Shown here piece after piece: positions 59,385-64,000 of a stretch of 64,000 nt of DNA. The number at the start of each line of letters is the position of its first letter. Positions within the stretch are counted from its first letter, which is position 1. A program made the position numbers and the translations under genes. Location: IMG/VR virus record IMGVR_UViG_3300022602_000077, positions 7,161 to 71,160 of that record. One strand, 5' to 3'. Under the pieces are notes generated by a model. The model ran no database searches. It saw only the letters and a program-made list of their open reading frames with translations, and was not told the origin of the DNA. The stretch is from a virus (taxonomy: Duplodnaviria; Caudoviricetes).

Positions 59385-59720
59385 ATGAAATCACGAATAG
59401 AAATCTCCAACGAACTCGACGCTTTTCTCATCGACAATGTTGTCCCAAAAATGACCGATGAAGCAGCCTGCAAACTCCTGGCCTTCATGCTCCACAAAGA
59501 ACTGTATTCCCTTCCTCAGAAGATGAGCGCACACGCTCAGTTATTCGAAACCGATATTCAGATAGCCGCCACAAAACTCAACATTACTTACGGCTGTCAC
59601 TACAATACCGGTCTTTTCCAGACTTTTATGAAGTTGTATCAGGAAATCGAAAAATCAGGCCGCCTTACCTCCTGGCTCCCCGAAATCGCAAATCGTTATG
59701 CTTTAACCTTCAAATTCTAA
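59385..59720 (+). CDS. Hypothetical protein
   Basis: 111-aa ORF after the promoter. Confidence 0.7.
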   Translation: MKSRIEISNELDAFLIDNVVPKMTDEAACKLLAFMLHKELYSLPQKMSAHAQLFETDIQIAATKLNITYGCHYNTGLFQTFMKLYQEIEKSGRLTSWLPEIANRYALTFKF

Positions 59721-59727
59721 TACGCCG

Positions 59728-60024
59728 ATGTCTGACCAGATAAAATATTCCGATCTATCCGAAACCAAACTCGACCCTGCTTTCCGCGAGCCTCTTGAGA
59801 TGCTCCGCACTCTCGCAAAGCAGCCCGACGCTGGAAATCCATTCATTGTTATGTTCGCCGAGTACGCCAGAGAGGGTAATGATCTCAATTTGCTGGCCGT
59901 CACCTATGGCAGAAAGCTTTCGCAAAGAGATATTGTAGTGGCGCTACTCAGATTTGCAGAGAGTGTTGGTATGCCCCCTGAAATATTCCTGGCCCTCCTT
60001 CTCAAAGTTATGCTTGAACCATGA
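59728..60024 (+). CDS. Hypothetical protein
   Basis: 98-aa ORF in the operon. Confidence 0.65.
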   Translation: MSDQIKYSDLSETKLDPAFREPLEMLRTLAKQPDAGNPFIVMFAEYAREGNDLNLLAVTYGRKLSQRDIVVALLRFAESVGMPPEIFLALLLKVMLEP

Positions 60025-60509
60025 TAGCCCGCCTCTCGCTCATACTCCGCCTGCTCATAGCTTTAGCGCTTATGCTCATAGCTGTTTTGGGCGTTATTTG
60101 CATAGCCCCGCGCTTGTTGCCTCAGTATTTCGCTGCTGCGTTTTGCTTCGGTATCGGCATGGCTATGCTCACTTATATTTACAAAGACTTCAAACACCTC
60201 GAACGTATGGAAGCGCTCAAAGCTGATGTTGATTTTGGTTTCTATTCTATAGAAGGCCGCAAAGTTCTCTGGCTTATTGATCTGGATACCGGTAAACGCT
60301 CCCTTACCAACGAGATCGAAAATGTGGTGGCCTTCATCAGCGCCAAACTGAATTTCGACCCTGAGAATAATTATATCATCTACCGCGATAGCGATTACAA
60401 TTGGGATGGCTGGCATGGTAAGTTCCATTACTTCATTCCCTTGCAGGAACAAAGCATGAAAACAGCGATTGATAAACTGGTAAAGCTTCAAAAATTTAAT
60501 ACTACTTGA
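60021..60509 (+). CDS. Two-TM membrane protein with a soluble C-terminal domain
   Basis: Hydrophobic N-terminus; SLTNEIE.VV....IIYRDSD..WDG motif. Confidence 0.65.
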   Translation: MIARLSLILRLLIALALMLIAVLGVICIAPRLLPQYFAAAFCFGIGMAMLTYIYKDFKHLERMEALKADVDFGFYSIEGRKVLWLIDLDTGKRSLTNEIENVVAFISAKLNFDPENNYIIYRDSDYNWDGWHGKFHYFIPLQEQSMKTAIDKLVKLQKFNTT

Positions 60510-60669
60510 AATATTTTGTTTGAGTTAAGGGGCTGCCCTTTGTCTAAGGGGCGGCCTTATTTTAAAATTTTCCAATTCCTTGCCGGTGATAAAAGCGAAT
60601 GGGCCCGGCATTGTAAGGAGCCTCTGATCTCAGAGGTTCCTATTTTTAACCACTGTAAAAACATAACTT

Positions 60670-60942
60670 ATGGATGATATAAAATACGATTCTGGCAACG
60701 GCAAAGAGGAAGCGCTTAAGCAGGTAGACTTACTTCTCGAAAGGATTAAAGCCGCCTTATCCGAAACCCGTTCTGTCAATCTGGTTTGCGCCATAGAAGA
60801 CATCGAAAACACTGGCGGCTACCCTGTTATCGTTTTTAGTTTTGGGGAACGTGACTATGTCGCTTTAACGGCTATGCTGGAAGGTATGCAAAAATTGTAT
60901 TCGCGTGAAGCGAATTCCAAAAATAAAAAACAAAATGGCTAA
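60670..60942 (+). CDS. Hypothetical protein
   Basis: 90-aa ORF. Confidence 0.65.
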   Translation: MDDIKYDSGNGKEEALKQVDLLLERIKAALSETRSVNLVCAIEDIENTGGYPVIVFSFGERDYVALTAMLEGMQKLYSREANSKNKKQNG

Positions 60943-61192
60943 AACATTCGGTGGTGCCTCAAAAGAAGAAAGACAAAAAGCGCTTGATAAATGGGTGAGT
61001 TCTATGCAGGCAGCCATAGATAATGATCTTCCTTATGTTGTGTTTGGCGGTATAGACGCTGTTAATCAGGGTGGGTATACTCTTTTTGGCGGGTCTTTTA
61101 AGTGCGATGGAGAACTACTCAGAAGGGTTATTCAAAACGGTCGCAATTTAACAACTCAAAATCTCTTTAATCGAAAATCCAACATGAACTAA
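60935..61192 (+). CDS. Hypothetical protein (start MAKTFGG)
   Basis: 3' part of track ORF 60905..61192; ATG overlaps the upstream gene end. Confidence 0.6.
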   Translation: MAKTFGGASKEERQKALDKWVSSMQAAIDNDLPYVVFGGIDAVNQGGYTLFGGSFKCDGELLRRVIQNGRNLTTQNLFNRKSNMN

Positions 61193-61196
61193 CCTT

Positions 61197-61439
61197 ATGC
61201 AATTCCGCTTCCATACCGGCAGTCTTCACGATTCTCTGCTCACCCGCCGGGAGGTCTGGTCTATGCCCGCTCTGCGGTCAGCAATCGAAGATTGGTACGA
61301 AACCAAAATCATCGGGGAGATAGAGTTTCGTTATGCCGGTTTCGATGATCGTATCAATTGGGATACCTGGAATGTCGTAGGCAGCGTTTACGGCCCCGAA
61401 AAAGTAGTTTTGGGCCAATCAGACAGCAACACTTTTTAA
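61197..61439 (+). CDS. Hypothetical phage protein
   Basis: FRFH.GSL.DSL.T...Y..FDDRINWDTW.V motif. Confidence 0.65.
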   Translation: MQFRFHTGSLHDSLLTRREVWSMPALRSAIEDWYETKIIGEIEFRYAGFDDRINWDTWNVVGSVYGPEKVVLGQSDSNTF

Positions 61440-61448
61440 ATCTACTAT

Positions 61449-61703
61449 ATGGAATCAGAAACATGGGCTATCAGAGGCCGCAGCACAAAACAAGCACTCG
61501 AAGAAATCGAAAAGCTTTTCACGGAAATTCGCAAAGGCATCATTGATCAATCGCCTATGCTTGTCTCTATCACTATTAAAAATAAGGGTGACAATTATAC
61601 CGTCTGCGGCTTTGCCGATGGTATAGACAAACCGCTTATAGGTGCGCATATGGAGAGCCAGTTAGGATACCTCAAAGCACTTTCTGTTCATACAGACGAT
61701 TAA
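61449..61703 (+). CDS. Hypothetical protein
   Basis: 84-aa ORF. Confidence 0.6.
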   Translation: MESETWAIRGRSTKQALEEIEKLFTEIRKGIIDQSPMLVSITIKNKGDNYTVCGFADGIDKPLIGAHMESQLGYLKALSVHTDD

Positions 61704-61762
61704 GAATTTCATGGTGATAAGTAAGGGGCTGTTCTGTTCTCAGCGCAAACCCCGGGTCTAAC

Positions 61763-61791
61763 GAGCCCCGGTTTTCCGGGGCTCCCTTTTT
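61763..61791 (+). terminator. Intrinsic terminator
   Basis: GAGCCCCGG-tttt-CCGGGGCTC followed by a T-rich tail. Confidence 0.75.
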
Positions 61792-61998
61792 AACTTTCAA
61801 AAAATCAATTTTATGGCTCTTTATCCTTTCGTGGTTCAGGTGAGAAAAAATAAAGAAATCATTAAATGGCTTCCCTTAACCCATAAGGTGAACGCACTTA
61901 AACTTTTTGATGAGGAAGTTCAACTGGCGCTTACTTTTGCTGGCCATGCGCCATGTAAATGGAAAATAGAATTAGCGGCAGGCCCTCAAACATTTCTT

Positions 61999-62220
61999 TC
62001 ATTTCTTTTGCTCCGGTTTAGGAATTTCTTTTACTCCCTTTACAGCGTGTCTGGCTTCGGCCTGTATGTTTTCATATGCCATTTCCAGCACTTCTTCCGC
62101 TGGCAGGCCATACATTTTTTCACCCTTCTTCTGTATCTGCGCCGGGGTCATATAGTACGCATTAATCCTTATCAGGAAGTACCGCATCCGGTTAAACTGC
62201 TGTCGTTGTTTCTCGGTCAT
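61999..62220 (-). CDS. Hypothetical protein (start MTEKQRQQF)
   Basis: 3' part of track ORF 61999..62394; Y..P.Q..K..EK.YGL...E.LEMAYENIQ motif. Confidence 0.6.
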   Translation of the reverse strand: MTEKQRQQFNRMRYFLIRINAYYMTPAQIQKKGEKMYGLPAEEVLEMAYENIQAEARHAVKGVKEIPKPEQKK

Positions 62221-62231
62221 ATATTGAGGTA

Positions 62232-62468
62232 TTATTTCCCGTCCCAATCCAGCAGCCCCAGCCGCTTGTCTTCCTGCCATTGTTTTGCAGCATCCCATGT
62301 GCTGTATTCCGGATGCCTGAACCTCACGCGCACATGCGGTGGAAGCAAATGCACCGTAGGCCCCAGCACATCCAGAAACCAGCACTCCGCGCACAGGCAG
62401 CTTTGGCTATCTAAAGCACTGTAGAAAACGTTATCGCAGCTTGCACAAACATACTCAGTCAATGGCAT
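62232..62468 (-). CDS. Zinc-ribbon hypothetical protein
   Basis: CASC...CAEC. Confidence 0.55.
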   Translation of the reverse strand: MPLTEYVCASCDNVFYSALDSQSCLCAECWFLDVLGPTVHLLPPHVRVRFRHPEYSTWDAAKQWQEDKRLGLLDWDGK

Positions 62469-62470
62469 AA

Positions 62471-62674
62471 TTACGCTGTTGCCCGAAACTCCCCGAGGTC
62501 GCGCTCTATCTCGGCCAGTATTCCCAGCAGGGTAATACTTTCCAGCCCGTTAAAGTCAGCGCCGTGGTTATGTTTCAGTTTGTTGTTAAAAGTACCGCGA
62601 GGCATCTGCAATCTCTTTGCCAGGTATGCCGCGCTGAATTCATGTTTCTCAATGAGGGTTCGTAGTTGTTCCAT
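62471..62674 (-). CDS. XRE/Cro-like HTH protein
   Basis: SAAYLAKRLQMPRGTFNNKLK. Confidence 0.7.
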   Translation of the reverse strand: MEQLRTLIEKHEFSAAYLAKRLQMPRGTFNNKLKHNHGADFNGLESITLLGILAEIERDLGEFRATA

Positions 62675-62685
62675 GTGGTTTATAA

Positions 62686-62901
62686 TTATAGTAATGCTTC
62701 TTTCACTAAAAGCAGAAAACCTATTTTTGCAATTCCTTCTGCATTATCCGCCTGAATGACCCTCCTTCTAAAGGTTTCACCATCCTCATTTCCTGCGCAC
62801 ATCAGGGCTACGCAAACCCGGTCATTATTAATCGCATCCACCATTTCGCGGTACATCGTTGTAGCATCCGCCAGCGCTTGTCTCTTATCTGTAGCTTTCA
62901 T
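62686..62901 (-). CDS. Hypothetical protein
   Basis: 71-aa ORF. Confidence 0.55.
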   Translation of the reverse strand: MKATDKRQALADATTMYREMVDAINNDRVCVALMCAGNEDGETFRRRVIQADNAEGIAKIGFLLLVKEALL

Positions 62902-62904
62902 ATT

Positions 62905-63420
62905 TTATTTCATTCTTTTTAGTGCCTGGAATAATCCTTCTACCGTTAGTTCCGCTTTTTTATCTTCGTCCAGGTTTGGCCGGAAAAGTAGGTAGTAATG
63001 TGTATTGCAAATATAAGATACTGCTCTTTTACGTCCGGGTTCGGGGTCGTCGGGGCCGGGCATTTCTCCTACCTTATAGCTGGCAGGTTCATTGCAAATG
63101 CCGCATTTCTTTCCATTCACCTGGCTACTCACAAAAGGCATTCTTTCCGTAGCTTTTTTCTCCGGCTCGGGGGTTTCTATAAATACCTCTCCGTCCACAA
63201 ACACCAGGCACCCTACATGCCGTATTCTCAGCTTGTTCCATTTCACCACTTCGCCCAAATCTTTCTGCATTTCCAGCCAGCGTTCCGCCCTGTCCAGTAT
63301 GGCCCGTTGAATTTCAGGGTTTTCAATGTCAGTGGTATTTGGAGGAAATATCGCAAAAGTGTCTTTCGTAAAATTCTCGAAATCGGGTAAATCCGAGAAA
63401 GCAATTCGTTTTAGTGCCAT
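62905..63420 (-). CDS. Hypothetical protein with C-terminal zinc finger
   Basis: CGIC...ICNTH. Confidence 0.6.
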   Translation of the reverse strand: MALKRIAFSDLPDFENFTKDTFAIFPPNTTDIENPEIQRAILDRAERWLEMQKDLGEVVKWNKLRIRHVGCLVFVDGEVFIETPEPEKKATERMPFVSSQVNGKKCGICNEPASYKVGEMPGPDDPEPGRKRAVSYICNTHYYLLFRPNLDEDKKAELTVEGLFQALKRMK

Positions 63421-63454
63421 TCTTGTTTGTTTTAGATAAAAAATAGAGGTGTTT

Positions 63455-63652
63455 TTATAAAAACTCGTTGTTTTTCTTAGGTAAATGTGGTAAATCGTCT
63501 ACAGTTTCAAGCCTTATTATCGGCCCTTTTTCACCGCTCTTTTTATAGATCAAAGGTGTGAATGGAACGATCACACCGTTAATGCTCAAAAACGTATCGG
63601 CCCATGCCAGTATATGCTTACGCTCAAAATATTTCCTGCTTCGTCTGGTCAT
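63455..63652 (-). CDS. Hypothetical protein
   Basis: 65-aa basic ORF, ATGA-coupled. Confidence 0.5.
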   Translation of the reverse strand: MTRRSRKYFERKHILAWADTFLSINGVIVPFTPLIYKKSGEKGPIIRLETVDDLPHLPKKNNEFL

Positions 63653-63909
63653 GGTTGTTTTATTTTTTCAAATCTGCTTTCAGCATCCATGGCCTTAAGC
63701 GCGTTCATGCTGAAATGAGCAAGAGCCACACCGGTAGCGGCACCGAGAAAGTATATATTCTCCGCATCGGTCGCCTGAACAATCCATATACGGCTATCGC
63801 CTTCACCCTGTACAGTTCCAACAAATCTGCATCCAGACGTTTCGCACATATTCCTGAACTGATCTACGGTTATCGCATACAACGGAGCGCCTATTCTGAT
63901 TTCGACCAT
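63649..63909 (-). CDS. Hypothetical protein
   Basis: 86-aa ORF. Confidence 0.55.
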   Translation of the reverse strand: MVEIRIGAPLYAITVDQFRNMCETSGCRFVGTVQGEGDSRIWIVQATDAENIYFLGAATGVALAHFSMNALKAMDAESRFEKIKQP

Positions 63910-63911
63910 TT

Positions 63912-63997
<86 letters not shown>

Positions 63998-64000
63998 TTT

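Noticed and set aside
61813-62424. 203-aa plus-strand ORF
   Set aside because: Most of it is antisense to better-supported minus-strand genes; only the first about 60 codons might be real.

Overview
The window is a near-complete genome (at least 64 kb) of a temperate, contractile-tailed (Mu/P2-like myovirus architecture) phage. The host is almost certainly a Bacteroidota bacterium, based on TTTG-N19/20-TAnnTTTG promoters, A-rich leaders without Shine-Dalgarno sequences, signal peptides ending in G|Q, and REP-like hairpins. Layout: (i) 0-4.9 kb, plus-strand early/accessory genes, the first four each preceded by a 29-bp repeat. (ii) 4.9-18.8 kb, minus-strand replication module: SNF2 helicase, VRR-NUC, iteron-rich origin, VirE-type primase-helicase, C5 DNA methyltransferase broken into three ORFs, family A DNA polymerase, DUF2815 SSB, DUF2800 nuclease. 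(iii) 18.5-21.3 kb, cro/cI switch, probable attP and tyrosine integrase. (iv) 21.3-25.3 kb, accessory genes. (v) 25.3-51.3 kb, lysis, tail, baseplate, head and portal genes, including a -1 frameshifted tail chaperone and a Tad2 (DUF2829) anti-defence gene. (vi) 51.4-57.4 kb, an accessory block between the head-tail adaptor and terminase: glycosyltransferases, two SAM methyltransferases, a Com-like zinc finger and a Ro60/TROVE gene. (vii) 57.5-64 kb, large terminase and further small genes, ending in a poly-T run that is probably an artefact. The most striking element is a tandem array of five structured ncRNAs upstream of Ro60. They share a covarying scaffold and conserved loop motifs but carry different payload domains, two of which are circularly permuted tRNA mimics. 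All family assignments come from recognising motifs by eye; no database searches were run.
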